This document shows, piece after piece, positions 18,353 to 28,493 of a stretch of DNA of 64,000 nucleotides; position 1 is the first letter of the stretch, and every line of letters starts with the position of its first letter. Under the pieces are notes generated by a model. It was not told the origin of the DNA. It did not search any database and was given only the letters and a program-made list of their open reading frames with translations. A program made the translations under genes and the position numbers. Source of the stretch: a virus. Lineage: Duplodnaviria > Caudoviricetes. The stretch is taken from IMG/VR virus record IMGVR_UViG_3300043642_000037, positions 32,001 to 96,000 of that record; one strand, 5' to 3'.

Positions 18353-18717
18353 TTGTACGCGAAGCCCTGGGCGTCGATGAACGACCGTGCCCGACGAGCC
18401 GACACGGACGGCGCGGCGGCCTGCGCTCCGGCCGGATGGGCGGTGAGCGCGTCGTAGGTCGCCTTGGCGGCGCAGGCCAGCGTGTCCTTGCCGTACTTCG
18501 TTCCGATTTCGAGGAGCTTGTCGGTCCAGCCATCCGCGCCGGCCTGGATGACTGCCATGACGTCCTGGAAGATCGTCATGCCGACCTCCGGGACGGTTCT
18601 GCCGATGTCCACGGTGGCGCAGTCGTAGGCGACCTGCTTGACCTGCGCGGCCTGGGTTCCTCCGCAGCTGATCGATAGGGCGAGGACGAGGGTGATCATG
18701 CACGTGACGAGCTTCAT
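18349..18717 (-). CDS. Lipoprotein (possible o-spanin)
   Basis: Signal MKLVTCMITLVLALSIS-C; next to a holin-like gene. Confidence 0.6.
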   Translation of the reverse strand: MKLVTCMITLVLALSISCGGTQAAQVKQVAYDCATVDIGRTVPEVGMTIFQDVMAVIQAGADGWTDKLLEIGTKYGKDTLACAAKATYDALTAHPAGAQAAAPSVSARRARSFIDAQGFAYK

Positions 18718-19253
18718 GGAGCGATTCCTTGCGTGTTCGTGTTGACGATGGTTCCAGCGGCCGCCACCGCGGCGCCCGGCTGTATCACGGAAGTGATCTT
18801 CTCGACGCCGTACGACGGCTCGGTCTTGGTCGTTGTGGTCGTGACGGGTCCGTTCGCTACTTTCATAGACAACACTGAGCTTTCGATGTACGAGAGCAGC
18901 AGCCTGACGACCGCGTCATTGTCCTTCAGGCCGAGCACGACCATAAGCTCGCGGAGGCCCTTCTCCCCCAGGTGTGACTTGAGGGTCGCCAGCGCCTGAT
19001 CCCGCGCTGCCAGCAGCGCGGCCTTGTCCGCCTTGTCGGGCAGCGAGGACACGACGGTCTGCTGGACCTCCTGGACCACGTTGAAGGCGAGCTGCGCCAG
19101 ACGATCGAGCACGCCGGTGACCGCGTCGTTGCGCACCTTGGATCGGACCCAGGCGCCGAGATGGGCCGCCGCCCACGTGACGAACACGGCGAACGCCGGC
19201 GCGAGCACGCCCTTGATCAGCATCATTCCGAACGTCTCGATCTGGTCTTGCAT
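18714..19253 (-). CDS. Holin-like (LL-H type) membrane protein
   Basis: Single N-terminal TM then LAFNVVQEVQQTVV...ARDQALA. Confidence 0.5.
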   Translation of the reverse strand: MQDQIETFGMMLIKGVLAPAFAVFVTWAAAHLGAWVRSKVRNDAVTGVLDRLAQLAFNVVQEVQQTVVSSLPDKADKAALLAARDQALATLKSHLGEKGLRELMVVLGLKDNDAVVRLLLSYIESSVLSMKVANGPVTTTTTKTEPSYGVEKITSVIQPGAAVAAAGTIVNTNTQGIAP

Positions 19254-19510
19254 CAGAAGCTTCCTTTGTTGGCTGGGACGGACACGGACCGCCTCTCCGC
19301 GGGTCGATCTCCGTGGGAGTGGACGAAGCCCGCCTTCTTGGTCAGGGACTTGCGGTGCATCGGCACGATGATGTGGATCAGCTTGGCGCCCACGAGCGCG
19401 TCCGCGACGACGCCGCCGCAGGACGGGCACGGCACCGGCTCGTCGGACGTCATCCGCGTGAACTCGAACCGCTCCCCGCAGGGGCACTCGTAGTCGTCGA
19501 TCCTGGGCAT
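19253..19510 (-). CDS. FmdB-family zinc-ribbon protein
   Basis: MPRIDDYECPCGERFE...CPSCGG. Confidence 0.75.
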   Translation of the reverse strand: MPRIDDYECPCGERFEFTRMTSDEPVPCPSCGGVVADALVGAKLIHIIVPMHRKSLTKKAGFVHSHGDRPAERRSVSVPANKGSF

Positions 19511-19528
19511 GTACCCCGGAATGATAGG

Positions 19529-21283
19529 TCAACAGAGGTCGGACGTGGGGATCACGTTGGTCTCGCCCTGGTTCGGGTTCGCCGGGTCCTCGGCCGCCAC
19601 CGGGACGCCCCCGACGGATATCACCGGAGTGACCGGCGCGGGCGGGCGGCCAGTCAGAGGGTCGACGGCGACGGTCGACCCGCCGGCCGCCGGGGCGATC
19701 GGGCGCATCCCGGGCCCGAACACGGTCGCCTCCGCCTGCGTGACGACCGTGTCGATCGCGGTGAGCACGGACAGCAGAGGGTTGCCGTCGTCGGCGGGGC
19801 CGACCAGGGACCCGAACAGCGCGATGACCGGCGCCAGGTCGGCCAGTCGCGGCGCGCCGGCGACCACGCACACGCCGCACACGTATTCCCCGGCGTCGAA
19901 CGGCGGACGCGCGGGGTCCGACAGGTCGCCGAGCCGTCGCGCCAGCTCGGCGGCCAGGAAAGCGTTGCCGCCCGTGTCGCTGGTGAGCTGTATGGCGTGC
20001 AGCGAGGGCAGCGGGCGGGAAAGGGAGGCCTGCAGCCTGTCGACGTCGGCGAGCAGGTCTCCCGCGCGGGCCGACAGACGCTGGGCCATGTTGGCGGCGT
20101 CCTTCATCGCAGCCTTGAGTCTCGAGGTCGGGCTCGGTCGACCCTCGACAAGTGACTCGAGCTGCGCCAGGACGCGCCGGACCACGTCCGAGAGCCCGGG
20201 GAACACGTCCATCGCGGCGCCGACCGATCGCCAGTCGGGCGGAGATCCGGAGGCCGTGGGGGGCGGCGCGGAGGCCGCGACCTTGGCCATGCCCGACACC
20301 TGGTCGAACGGCATGACGACCGTTCCCGACGGCTCGACCACGTCGATCTCCCACGCGACGCAGTAGTACAGCGGTGCCGTCGGGTCCGGCGGCGGATCCG
20401 CGTCCAGGAACCTCGAGTTGAGGCCCGACCCGACCGCGACAACCTCGGCTCCGGGCGCGGTCATGCCCTCCGTGAGATCCTGCGTCGAAAACAGGTCCAG
20501 CACGCCGCGGACGGAGGTCGCCGCGCTCTTGGTGACGCGGAGGACGGCGTAGCGCCGCACGGCCATGGACAGCCCCGGGAAGTAGGGGAGCGCGATCACG
20601 CCCTGCGGAGGGTCCCACGACACTTGGACCGCGATTCGACCGCCCGCGGCCGCGGCGACGGGACGAGCGATCACGCCCTGCGGGATCGGAAGGACCCGAC
20701 CACCCGCGCCCCCGCCGGATCCCGCGGGACGGACCAGCTGGTCGATCACGGAGGCCGCGTGCGCCGCCGATGCGTAGGACGACGCCCCGGCCATGATGAC
20801 GGTCATCGTCACGGCGTCCGACTGGTTGACGAACTGAGGCCGGTTGGGATCCCCGACGTCGAACAGCGACTCGAGAAACGCCCGATAGAATCCCGCGTTC
20901 CCTCCGATGCCGGAGACGAGCGCCTGGTAGGCCTCGGCCGTGCCGGCCGTGGGTCCGAGCCGAACGTCGAGCCACGCCTGGAGGTCCTCCACGGTGGCGG
21001 GCGCTCTGGGCGGCGGTTGATCGGGGATGATTTTTGAGATGGGGATTAGCGCGACGTGAGCTTTGGTGCCGGTCACGAGCGCGTCGAGAGCCGCGACGAT
21101 TGCCCCCGCGGCCACCGATGCCGGATCCGGCAAGTTGGGCAGGGCGGGCACGGACGCGACCGCGTCGATGCCGTCCTGCATCGCCTGGATCGCGCCCGTC
21201 GCCAGGTGCGCCGCACTCCTCACGGCCGTGATGAGGTCAGCTGGAATCAGCTTGCCCGCGTCTATCACGCTCCACTGCGTCAT
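19529..21283 (-). CDS. Probable baseplate or tail-associated protein
   Basis: Downstream of the spike gene; GAGGAG SD. Confidence 0.55.
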   Translation of the reverse strand: MTQWSVIDAGKLIPADLITAVRSAAHLATGAIQAMQDGIDAVASVPALPNLPDPASVAAGAIVAALDALVTGTKAHVALIPISKIIPDQPPPRAPATVEDLQAWLDVRLGPTAGTAEAYQALVSGIGGNAGFYRAFLESLFDVGDPNRPQFVNQSDAVTMTVIMAGASSYASAAHAASVIDQLVRPAGSGGGAGGRVLPIPQGVIARPVAAAAGGRIAVQVSWDPPQGVIALPYFPGLSMAVRRYAVLRVTKSAATSVRGVLDLFSTQDLTEGMTAPGAEVVAVGSGLNSRFLDADPPPDPTAPLYYCVAWEIDVVEPSGTVVMPFDQVSGMAKVAASAPPPTASGSPPDWRSVGAAMDVFPGLSDVVRRVLAQLESLVEGRPSPTSRLKAAMKDAANMAQRLSARAGDLLADVDRLQASLSRPLPSLHAIQLTSDTGGNAFLAAELARRLGDLSDPARPPFDAGEYVCGVCVVAGAPRLADLAPVIALFGSLVGPADDGNPLLSVLTAIDTVVTQAEATVFGPGMRPIAPAAGGSTVAVDPLTGRPPAPVTPVISVGGVPVAAEDPANPNQGETNVIPTSDLC

Positions 21284-21284
21284 G

Positions 21285-21431
21285 TCACTCCTCGAGCAGG
21301 CGAACGGTCCTTGCGATCGCGGTCATTCGTTGAGCAGCCTCGAGACGGTCGAGGCGCGCCTTGAGGGATAGTAGGCGAACCAGAACCTCGCCAAGCGCGG
21401 GTCGACCCTTGGACCACCCGGGGTCAGTCAT
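21285..21431 (-). CDS. Small 48-aa protein not in the ORF track
   Basis: MTDPGWSKGRPALGEVLVRLLSLKARLDRLEAAQRMTAIARTVRLLEE fills the gap between two genes. Confidence 0.5.
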   Translation of the reverse strand: MTDPGWSKGRPALGEVLVRLLSLKARLDRLEAAQRMTAIARTVRLLEE

Positions 21432-22827
21432 TTCCGACCTTGGTGGACTCGTAGGGGAACCCCTGCGCGACGAGGATGATGAACTTTTGCATCAGCGCCA
21501 GCTGCGTCGCCAGCCCTATGGGGTTGCTCGGCACGAGGGCCCCGATTGCCGTTACCAGGTGGGTCATGAACTCCGCGTGGTCCCGCAGGTACGCGTCGAA
21601 CAGTGGCAGCGGGTGGCGACCGTTCGGCCCGAGCAGCACCTTGCTTCCGTCGATCCCGGCCCTTCCGGAGGCCTTGATCCTGGCGTCGCCCGTGATGTTG
21701 ACGTCCATGCCCCCGCCGATCTTCGCGGTCGCCTTGTCGCCGACGTCGAGGCTGGCGGTCTCGCCGACCTTCGCCGTCAGCTTTCCGGTCACCACGCCGA
21801 CCGCGTCGCCGCCAACGCTCTCCGCGGAGTCCCCGATCGTCGATCGCACGCGATCGGCGCCGGCGATCACCGTGTCGGTGCCGCCCACCTGGGTGGTCCT
21901 GTCCCCGTCGATCGTCGCGATCTTCACCCCGTGAACCGTGACCTGGTCGTCGCCTCCGATGTCCGTCCTGCGGTCCCGGGCCACGTCGTGACGCGTCTCG
22001 CCGACGCCAGCGGCCCCGGACGACACGTCCACGCCGCCGTCGCCGTACAGCTGAACGCGGCCATCCGATCCGGCGTGCAGGCGAAACAGGACGCGGCCCT
22101 TGGGCTCGGCGATGACGAAGTCGAGGATGTCCCCCGTGGACCCGAGGTCGAGCCGGATGGTCCAGTTCTGCTCGTCCATGCCGGTCTCGGTGGCCTGCAC
22201 GGATCCCGCGCGCAGGACGAACGACGTGCGTCCCTGGTCGTTCTGGACGCGGGACACCCCGAAGTCCGATATCGACTCGATTCGGCGGGCGACGTGCTGG
22301 AGCACGCCGGACATGCCGAACGATCGCGTCTGCGCGGTCGGGCTGCCAACCAAGGTCAGTCCGCCGCCCAGCACTGCGACGTGGTTGCCGTGGGCGCCCA
22401 CGTGGGCCCAGTCTCCCTGGCTCATGTCGGTGGGCGCGAGCGGTGGCTTGTAACTGTTCCCACCGGAGGTCGCTTGCGTTGGATCCGCGTCCCCGTATCC
22501 CTCGACGCCGGTGAGCGAGGGTGGCGAGATCGCAGTTTGGGGAGGCCCGACGAAATCGATGCATCCGACGATCACGGGAAACCCGAGGTCCCAGGAGACG
22601 ACGACGGACGTGCCGGTCTCGAGGTGATCGTAGCTCCCCCCCGAAGGCCTCATCTGCGGGACGTCGCGCAGCGGTTGACCGGCGTGAGTCCTGACGGTCG
22701 AGGTGTGGGTAGCGGAGTTGTACTCGACAACCACGCCCAGCTGCCAGCGCATCCCCTCCGGCGCGGTCCTGGAGAGTCCCGCGGCCCCGATGTTCGCGGC
22801 ACCCGGGGTGTGGAGAGGATCGCGCAC
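21424..22827 (-). CDS. Baseplate central spike (gp5/gpV/VgrG-like)
   Basis: OB-fold-like N-terminus; C-terminal IGGD/VGG 8-residue beta-helix repeats. Confidence 0.75.
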   Translation of the reverse strand: MRDPLHTPGAANIGAAGLSRTAPEGMRWQLGVVVEYNSATHTSTVRTHAGQPLRDVPQMRPSGGSYDHLETGTSVVVSWDLGFPVIVGCIDFVGPPQTAISPPSLTGVEGYGDADPTQATSGGNSYKPPLAPTDMSQGDWAHVGAHGNHVAVLGGGLTLVGSPTAQTRSFGMSGVLQHVARRIESISDFGVSRVQNDQGRTSFVLRAGSVQATETGMDEQNWTIRLDLGSTGDILDFVIAEPKGRVLFRLHAGSDGRVQLYGDGGVDVSSGAAGVGETRHDVARDRRTDIGGDDQVTVHGVKIATIDGDRTTQVGGTDTVIAGADRVRSTIGDSAESVGGDAVGVVTGKLTAKVGETASLDVGDKATAKIGGGMDVNITGDARIKASGRAGIDGSKVLLGPNGRHPLPLFDAYLRDHAEFMTHLVTAIGALVPSNPIGLATQLALMQKFIILVAQGFPYESTKVGND

Positions 22828-22841
22828 GCGGGAATCGTAGC

Positions 22842-23174
22842 CTAGTCGTCGCTCGGCTTCGACACGTTCATTGGAGGAATCGAGTACATGTCACGTCTTG
22901 CGTCGGGGAATCGCTGCCGGGACCAGTGAAACGAGAGGTAGAAGTTCACGATGACGAACGCGTTGACCGCGATCGTCAGCATGCGCACAGTCTCCCACGC
23001 GCCTTGGCCCATCGCGGTCAGCGCCGTCGTGATGTTTCCGTAGATCAGCGCGGAGATCGTCGCGCAGATCGCGAGGCTGACTGGGTTGCGCCGGCTGTGC
23101 CACCCGCGCAGGAAGCGGATGAGTAGGGGGACCCACGCGAGCGCGAGTGCCGTCGGGACGATGACGTAGACCAT
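22842..23174 (-). CDS. Small multi-pass membrane protein
   Basis: Three hydrophobic helices. Confidence 0.65.
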   Translation of the reverse strand: MVYVIVPTALALAWVPLLIRFLRGWHSRRNPVSLAICATISALIYGNITTALTAMGQGAWETVRMLTIAVNAFVIVNFYLSFHWSRQRFPDARRDMYSIPPMNVSKPSDD

Positions 23175-23184
23175 TGGACCTTCC

Positions 23185-23403
23185 TCACTTTTTCACGACG
23201 CTGGGATCCACCAGGGGAAATGTCCCGGTCGCGTCCTTCCCAAACATTTCCCGGTGTCGATCGAAGGTCAGCTTCGCGAGGTCGTTAATTTGCTGGGTGG
23301 TCTTCGCGAGCTTGATCTTACTCCGTCGGCCACTGCGAAGCTCGGCTCGCACGATCGCCGTCAGCACGACGACGAGCATGAGTGTTGAGATCCAGACCGC
23401 CAT
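23185..23403 (-). CDS. Small single-TM protein
   Basis: GGAGG SD; MAVWISTLMLVVVLTAIV. Confidence 0.6.
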   Translation of the reverse strand: MAVWISTLMLVVVLTAIVRAELRSGRRSKIKLAKTTQQINDLAKLTFDRHREMFGKDATGTFPLVDPSVVKK

Positions 23404-23414
23404 GGTGCCTCCGT

Positions 23415-23720
23415 TTACGCTACGTCTTTCCCGCCGACCTGACCCAGCCCCGTCCTCGTTCGCGTTCGCCCCATCGACAGCTCGTCCACGGACCGCGACA
23501 TGATGGTGACGATGGTCAGCAGCTTGTTGATGCTCTCGGTGAACGCGTCCATCCGGCGCTCGAGACGCCACATGAACCACACCGACACGAATATCGGGAA
23601 CCCGAACTCTCGAAGCAGCCCGGTGACGTCGGTCAGGCTCACGCCGGCCTCGCCTCCCCCCGTCGCGCCCGTCAACAACAGGACGATCAGGATCAGCAGC
23701 GTGACGTTGAAGACCCGCAT
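23415..23720 (-). CDS. YvrJ-like (holin-like) membrane protein
   Basis: LLREFGFPIFVSVWFMWRLERRMDAFTESINKL. Confidence 0.7.
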   Translation of the reverse strand: MRVFNVTLLILIVLLLTGATGGGEAGVSLTDVTGLLREFGFPIFVSVWFMWRLERRMDAFTESINKLLTIVTIMSRSVDELSMGRTRTRTGLGQVGGKDVA

Positions 23721-23723
23721 GCC

Positions 23724-24488
23724 TCAGACCGCCGTGACGCCCGGCGACGCCGTGGCGTCCGCGTTCTCGATGTCGGTCTCCGTGCCGTCGATGAAGTTGA
23801 GCACCCTGTCGAGATCGGTCTTCACGATGCCGTTGCCTGCCGCGTGCGGGCGAACGCCGGCCGGCGTGTCTGCGCCGTAGGGCAGGAGACGATCCGCCAT
23901 GCCGGACACGTTCTCGAGGATCAGATTTTGCCCGGCGTTGAACCCGATGGCGTAGCTGGTGATCATGCTCAGCTCCGCGTAGAAGCCGCCGCAGAACGCA
24001 TGCGACTTGTCGCGGAACACGGTGGCGAGTCCGACCGGGACGAGGAAAAGCTCGCTGTCCAGGTTGATGTAGAACTTCTGCCCGCTCCGGTTGGTGTCGG
24101 CCGCCGGGTCATCGAACTGGCTGGGGTCGATCCCCCCGATGACCGCGTTGTGATAGAGCACGCGCAGCAGGTTCCTGCCGTTGACGAACAGGCGACCCAT
24201 CGACCACTGGGTCTGCGCCTTGCCGGAGACGTAGAACGACCTGCCCGACCCGATCGCCATCATCGGCTGCGTCGGCTTGGTCTGCGTGAAGTTGACGGCC
24301 TGGAGCATGCCGATCGGCAGCATGTTCGCCGCGCCACCCTCCTTGAGGCTGTGCTTTCGCGCCGGCCCCGCGAGGGTGAGCGTGTCGTCCGGATGCGCGG
24401 CCGTGTAGGCCGCGTTGTCCATCACCCGCTCGACGTACGACTCCTGGAACCGCCAGGTATCGAAACTCTTCACTACACCGAGTGCCAT
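23724..24488 (-). CDS. Probable tail tube protein
   Basis: IGMLQAVNFTQ...MMAIGSGRSFYVSG; lies downstream of the sheath gene. Confidence 0.6.
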   Translation of the reverse strand: MALGVVKSFDTWRFQESYVERVMDNAAYTAAHPDDTLTLAGPARKHSLKEGGAANMLPIGMLQAVNFTQTKPTQPMMAIGSGRSFYVSGKAQTQWSMGRLFVNGRNLLRVLYHNAVIGGIDPSQFDDPAADTNRSGQKFYINLDSELFLVPVGLATVFRDKSHAFCGGFYAELSMITSYAIGFNAGQNLILENVSGMADRLLPYGADTPAGVRPHAAGNGIVKTDLDRVLNFIDGTETDIENADATASPGVTAV

Positions 24489-24496
24489 GGTGCTCC

Positions 24497-25084
24497 TTAC
24501 CGTCGAGCGAACTCGAGCCCTTTGACGTTACCCATCGTAGCGCCCAGCCCAGAGAGAATTGTGGTGAGAGGAATGTTCAGGGGCCCCATGACGGGGTGAC
24601 CGACGATCTTGTCGATGACGTGACCGACGCCGTGACCGACGAGACCTCCGCCGAGCGTGCCCAGTCCCTGTCCGGCGACGTTCTTGGCGATGTCGCCGGT
24701 GGACTGGTTGTTGCGGATGCCATCGGCGACGGGCCAGCCCAGGCCGCCAAGGTCCCCACCGACGATGTCTCCGAAGTGGCTGCCCTGCTTCATTGCGGGC
24801 TGCAGCATGTGTGCGCCCTGGAGCGCCCACGGCGGAATGTCCATGGACGTCGAGTCGATCGCGTACGGCGCACCTGGTGGCACGTTCTCGACGCGCTCTC
24901 GGATGAGTTGCCCCCCGATGCCGCCACTGATAGCACCGAGTACGCCACCGAGTTCCGGGCCAAGTCCGGGGTACCGCGCGCCGAGGGCCCGACCCGCGTA
25001 GCCGCCGAGCGCTGGCGCGGCGACGGAGGGTACGATGCCTGCGAAGCTGGCGGTTCGCCGGAAGAACTGCTCGGGTCCGCTCAT
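24497..25084 (-). CDS. Glycine-zipper protein
   Basis: Repeated GxxxG helices (LGGVLGAISGGIGG, LGGGLVGHGVGH). Confidence 0.7.
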   Translation of the reverse strand: MSGPEQFFRRTASFAGIVPSVAAPALGGYAGRALGARYPGLGPELGGVLGAISGGIGGQLIRERVENVPPGAPYAIDSTSMDIPPWALQGAHMLQPAMKQGSHFGDIVGGDLGGLGWPVADGIRNNQSTGDIAKNVAGQGLGTLGGGLVGHGVGHVIDKIVGHPVMGPLNIPLTTILSGLGATMGNVKGLEFARR

Positions 25085-25386
25085 AGGATCCTCGGCGCGC
25101 CGGGCGGAACGCGCGGCAGGCTCGCCTTGGAGAGGTGCTTGACCAGGGCGTCGGCGGGCGTCTGCACGGGGCTGACGACGCGACGAAGCGCGTTGACCGG
25201 GGCCGCGCCGAAGCTCTCGAGCGCTGGCAGCACGCGGGGTGACACGGCGTTGAGCGCGCCGCGCGCGACCGAGCCGCCGGCTGCCGTGCCGAGGACCCCG
25301 AGGATCGTCTCGAGCGTCGAGGCCTCGCGAATGGCGAAGCGTCGAGCAGCCTTGAGGGCGCCATCTTTCACGGCGTCACGCATCAT
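25081..25386 (-). CDS. Small protein with the shared helix motif
   Basis: AVKDGALKAARRFAIREA. Confidence 0.7.
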   Translation of the reverse strand: MMRDAVKDGALKAARRFAIREASTLETILGVLGTAAGGSVARGALNAVSPRVLPALESFGAAPVNALRRVVSPVQTPADALVKHLSKASLPRVPPGAPRIL

Positions 25387-26120
25387 CCCATCGGTCCCTG
25401 GGACTGCAGCTTGTTGCCGAGCGCGCCTCCCGCCATGCTGGATGCGGCGTCGAACGCCATGCCGCCCATCCCACCGCCGATGCGCGGCAGGATCTTGCCG
25501 GCCATGCCGCCGAGCGCGGCGCCGCCGGCGCCCTTGGCGAGGGCTCCCACGCCGGCACGCGCCAGGGCGGGTCCCGCGATCGAGCCGAGCAGGGGTCCGA
25601 TGAAGGCTTCCTTGACGCCGTATCGCGCGGCCGCGGCCCGCGTGCCGCTGTCCCGCGCGGCGCCGAGCTTGTCAGCGATGCTGTCCTTGTGGCCGCTCTT
25701 CTGCGCGCCGTACATCATGCCGCCCAGGCCGCCGACTCCCGCGCCCACGCCGGCACCCAGCTGCGCGCCGAGCCCCGGGTTGTGCGCGAGCGCGCCGAGC
25801 AGCGCGCCCAGGCCTCCGCCGCTCGCCGCGCCGAGCCCGGCACCTCCGACGCCGCCCAGAACCGAGCCGATGGCCGCGCTGCCCCGCTGGCCGTCGTCGG
25901 CACCCATGGCCGCCCCGATGGGCGCGCCGATGCCGGGGAGCATCAGGCCTCCCGCGAGCGCGCCGAGCCCGGCGTGGTTGGCCAGCTTGTGGCCGGTGCT
26001 TCCGCTGACCTCGACGTGGAGCGTCTCACCGGGCTGTCGTCGGGGGCTTCGCGCGAAGCTCTCCTTGGCGGCCTTGATGATGTCCGCGATGAACTGGTCG
26101 GTCGTTGAGTGCAGGGACAC
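25383..26120 (-). CDS. Glycine-zipper protein with an internal shared helix motif
   Basis: Long G/A hydrophobic repeats; ARDSGTRAAAARYGVKEA. Confidence 0.7.
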   Translation of the reverse strand: MSLHSTTDQFIADIIKAAKESFARSPRRQPGETLHVEVSGSTGHKLANHAGLGALAGGLMLPGIGAPIGAAMGADDGQRGSAAIGSVLGGVGGAGLGAASGGGLGALLGALAHNPGLGAQLGAGVGAGVGGLGGMMYGAQKSGHKDSIADKLGAARDSGTRAAAARYGVKEAFIGPLLGSIAGPALARAGVGALAKGAGGAALGGMAGKILPRIGGGMGGMAFDAASSMAGGALGNKLQSQGPMG

Positions 26121-26129
26121 GTGATCTCC

Positions 26130-28493
26130 TCAGGCGACGAGATGCAGCTCGATGACGTTGAGGGGCTTGGGCAGCCCGATGCCGAGGTGGGTGACCACCC
26201 GATCACCCGACGTGGGGCTGACCCCCAGATCGTTGATCTGGAACGAGGTGAGCGGCGCGCCGATCTTGGCGACCGAGCGGAGCTTGAGGACGTCGCCTCC
26301 GGTGTTCAGGGCCGCCTGCAGGTACGTCAGGGTGTCCTGCGTGACGTTGTACACGCCGAGGAACACTTGGAGGATGTCGACGAAGAACAGCGCGACGAAG
26401 TCGAAGTTCTTGACCACGGAGTACTCGCCGCTCTCGAGCGTCGTCGTGTCCGTGGTCAGCTGGTGAATGGAGAACGGCAGCGAGGTCGGGGTCGACTGCG
26501 CGAACACGAACCACCCGCCGTTGCTGATGTCGGTCAGCTGGCGATCGGTGAAGTACGTGTTGCTGTCGTAGATCTGGCTGACGCCCGCGATGCCGAGATT
26601 GGTGAAGCCCTGCTGGCTGGGCAGGCCGGCCGTCATGCCGCCGACGGCGGACGCCAGGTACCAGCCAGGCTGCTTGCTGCCGCCGGTCACGCCGGCGACG
26701 TCGCACTTGTCCGGCCACACCAGGATCGTGCGCTTGGATCGGAAGGACTGCGACTGGGCCACCAGCTCCAGCACCTGCTGGTCCTTCGAGAGCGTGCGGA
26801 CGACCTGGTAGTTGACGGTGGAGGTCGAGACCACGGCCCCGCCCGCGCGCTTGACTCCGTGCGGAAGCTCGTTGATGACCGTCGACGCGTCCGGACCGCC
26901 GTTGACGATCTGCAGGCGGTTCTCGCTGAGGACGGCCGCCACGATGACGGTCGTGAATGTGCTCGTGGCGGTGATGGTGGCGTTGGGGTCGACCGGGATG
27001 CGAACGAGGTCGCCGGCGGCCACGCCGCTGGACACGAAGGTGCCGCTGTTGTCCTTCAGGATGAGGAAGAGATCATCGCCTGCGGAGGTGACGACGCCCG
27101 TCAAGGCCGCGGACGCGATGCGCGGCGTCGTCCCGTCGGACTGGGTGATCGAGGCGGTCACGTTGCACGTGCCGGCCCCGGCGAACGGGGTCGAGACGTC
27201 GACCTCGAGGGTGGTCGCGTCGGTCACGGACGCCACCGGGTAGGTCCCCAGCGCGATCGTCCCCGCCGCGCTCGTGACCGTCACGATGAGCTTGTCGCCG
27301 GGAATGACGCCGCCGGTGACCATGCTAGCGATTCCGGTCAGCACGATCTTGGTCAGCGTCGCCGGCGCCGACGAGGTCAGCTGGGTGGACTGGCCCGTGG
27401 CCGACGGCTGGATCAAGGTCTTGGTGATCGGGAGCGTCCCGTTGCCCAGCACGACACGGAAGCGCTGCGGCCGGCCCGTGTTCTCGTCGGGCGTCGCGAG
27501 GCCGAGATTGTCGGCGTTCCACATCGCGAACACGGACACGTTGGTCGTCAGCGGCACGATCGCGTAGACGTCCGGCCGCGCGGTGATGTGGTCGCGCGCC
27601 TGCGTGTGGCCGGGCAGGTCGTCGGTCAGGACGCCGATGAACTGCACGACCGTCGTCGTGTTCTGGAGCGCGACGAACGCGGCCGCGCCGAGCGGGTTGC
27701 GCGCGTCCAGCCGACCGATCTTGGTCTTGATCTGATCGGTCGACTCGACCGTGTCGAGGTCGACCAGGTCCTGTCGCAGCGTCCGGTACTGCACGAAGAC
27801 CTTGGCGTACGACACGGTCTTCGAGCCCTGTCCGACGACGGGGACCGTCACCGAGCCGTTGATCTTGACCGCGTTGCCGCTGATCGTGAAGAACGACGGA
27901 TCGATCTTGACGTCGTTGATCTGCCGCTCGATCCGATACGTCTGGCCGCTGCCCGGGGTGAACCCGGAGGACGGCAGATCCGCGGTGAACCGCAGGCTGG
28001 TGTCGCTGTCGACCGCCAGCACCGTGCGCGCGATGACGTTGGTCGTCCCGTCCTTGACGATCACGCGGTCGCCCGACTTGACCTGTCCGACGCCGGCGGT
28101 GTTCCACGTGGTGCCGGTCGCGGTGAAGGTGTTCGGCGTCGAGGCCGAGGTCACCCCGGTTCCCGCGGTGTTCACGATCGCGCGGGCCTCGTCGAAGAAC
28201 ACGACGACGCTCGCCGCGTCGAGCAGGGCGCCCGGCTTGTTGCTGGGCGGCTCGGCTACCGTGATCACGGCGGAGCCGACCGGCGTCGCCGTGGAGGGGT
28301 TGCCCTCCAGCGCGCCGTAGTCGCTGACGCGAATGTCCGCCTTGTCGGCGTTGGTCGTCGTCCCCGGTTGGAAGTAATCCTGAATCCAGTACGCCGGGCC
28401 GACGACCAGGCAGTTGAGATCCGGGGTCGACGGAGTCACCGTCGGCGTCGCGATCTCTTGGAAGACGAGAACGACCGGTCGAATCAGCGCCAT
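26130..28493 (-). CDS. Contractile tail sheath protein
   Basis: 787 aa; C-terminal LTDISNGGWFVF...EYSVVKNFDFV...LPKPLNVIELHL. Confidence 0.8.
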   Translation of the reverse strand: MALIRPVVLVFQEIATPTVTPSTPDLNCLVVGPAYWIQDYFQPGTTTNADKADIRVSDYGALEGNPSTATPVGSAVITVAEPPSNKPGALLDAASVVVFFDEARAIVNTAGTGVTSASTPNTFTATGTTWNTAGVGQVKSGDRVIVKDGTTNVIARTVLAVDSDTSLRFTADLPSSGFTPGSGQTYRIERQINDVKIDPSFFTISGNAVKINGSVTVPVVGQGSKTVSYAKVFVQYRTLRQDLVDLDTVESTDQIKTKIGRLDARNPLGAAAFVALQNTTTVVQFIGVLTDDLPGHTQARDHITARPDVYAIVPLTTNVSVFAMWNADNLGLATPDENTGRPQRFRVVLGNGTLPITKTLIQPSATGQSTQLTSSAPATLTKIVLTGIASMVTGGVIPGDKLIVTVTSAAGTIALGTYPVASVTDATTLEVDVSTPFAGAGTCNVTASITQSDGTTPRIASAALTGVVTSAGDDLFLILKDNSGTFVSSGVAAGDLVRIPVDPNATITATSTFTTVIVAAVLSENRLQIVNGGPDASTVINELPHGVKRAGGAVVSTSTVNYQVVRTLSKDQQVLELVAQSQSFRSKRTILVWPDKCDVAGVTGGSKQPGWYLASAVGGMTAGLPSQQGFTNLGIAGVSQIYDSNTYFTDRQLTDISNGGWFVFAQSTPTSLPFSIHQLTTDTTTLESGEYSVVKNFDFVALFFVDILQVFLGVYNVTQDTLTYLQAALNTGGDVLKLRSVAKIGAPLTSFQINDLGVSPTSGDRVVTHLGIGLPKPLNVIELHLVA

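Noticed and set aside
21368-21375. CCTACTAT as another late promoter
   Set aside because: It lies inside the small 21285-21431 ORF, so it was not counted.
19529-28493. T6SS or extracellular contractile injection system
   Set aside because: Capsid, portal and prohead protease genes in the same module indicate a phage.
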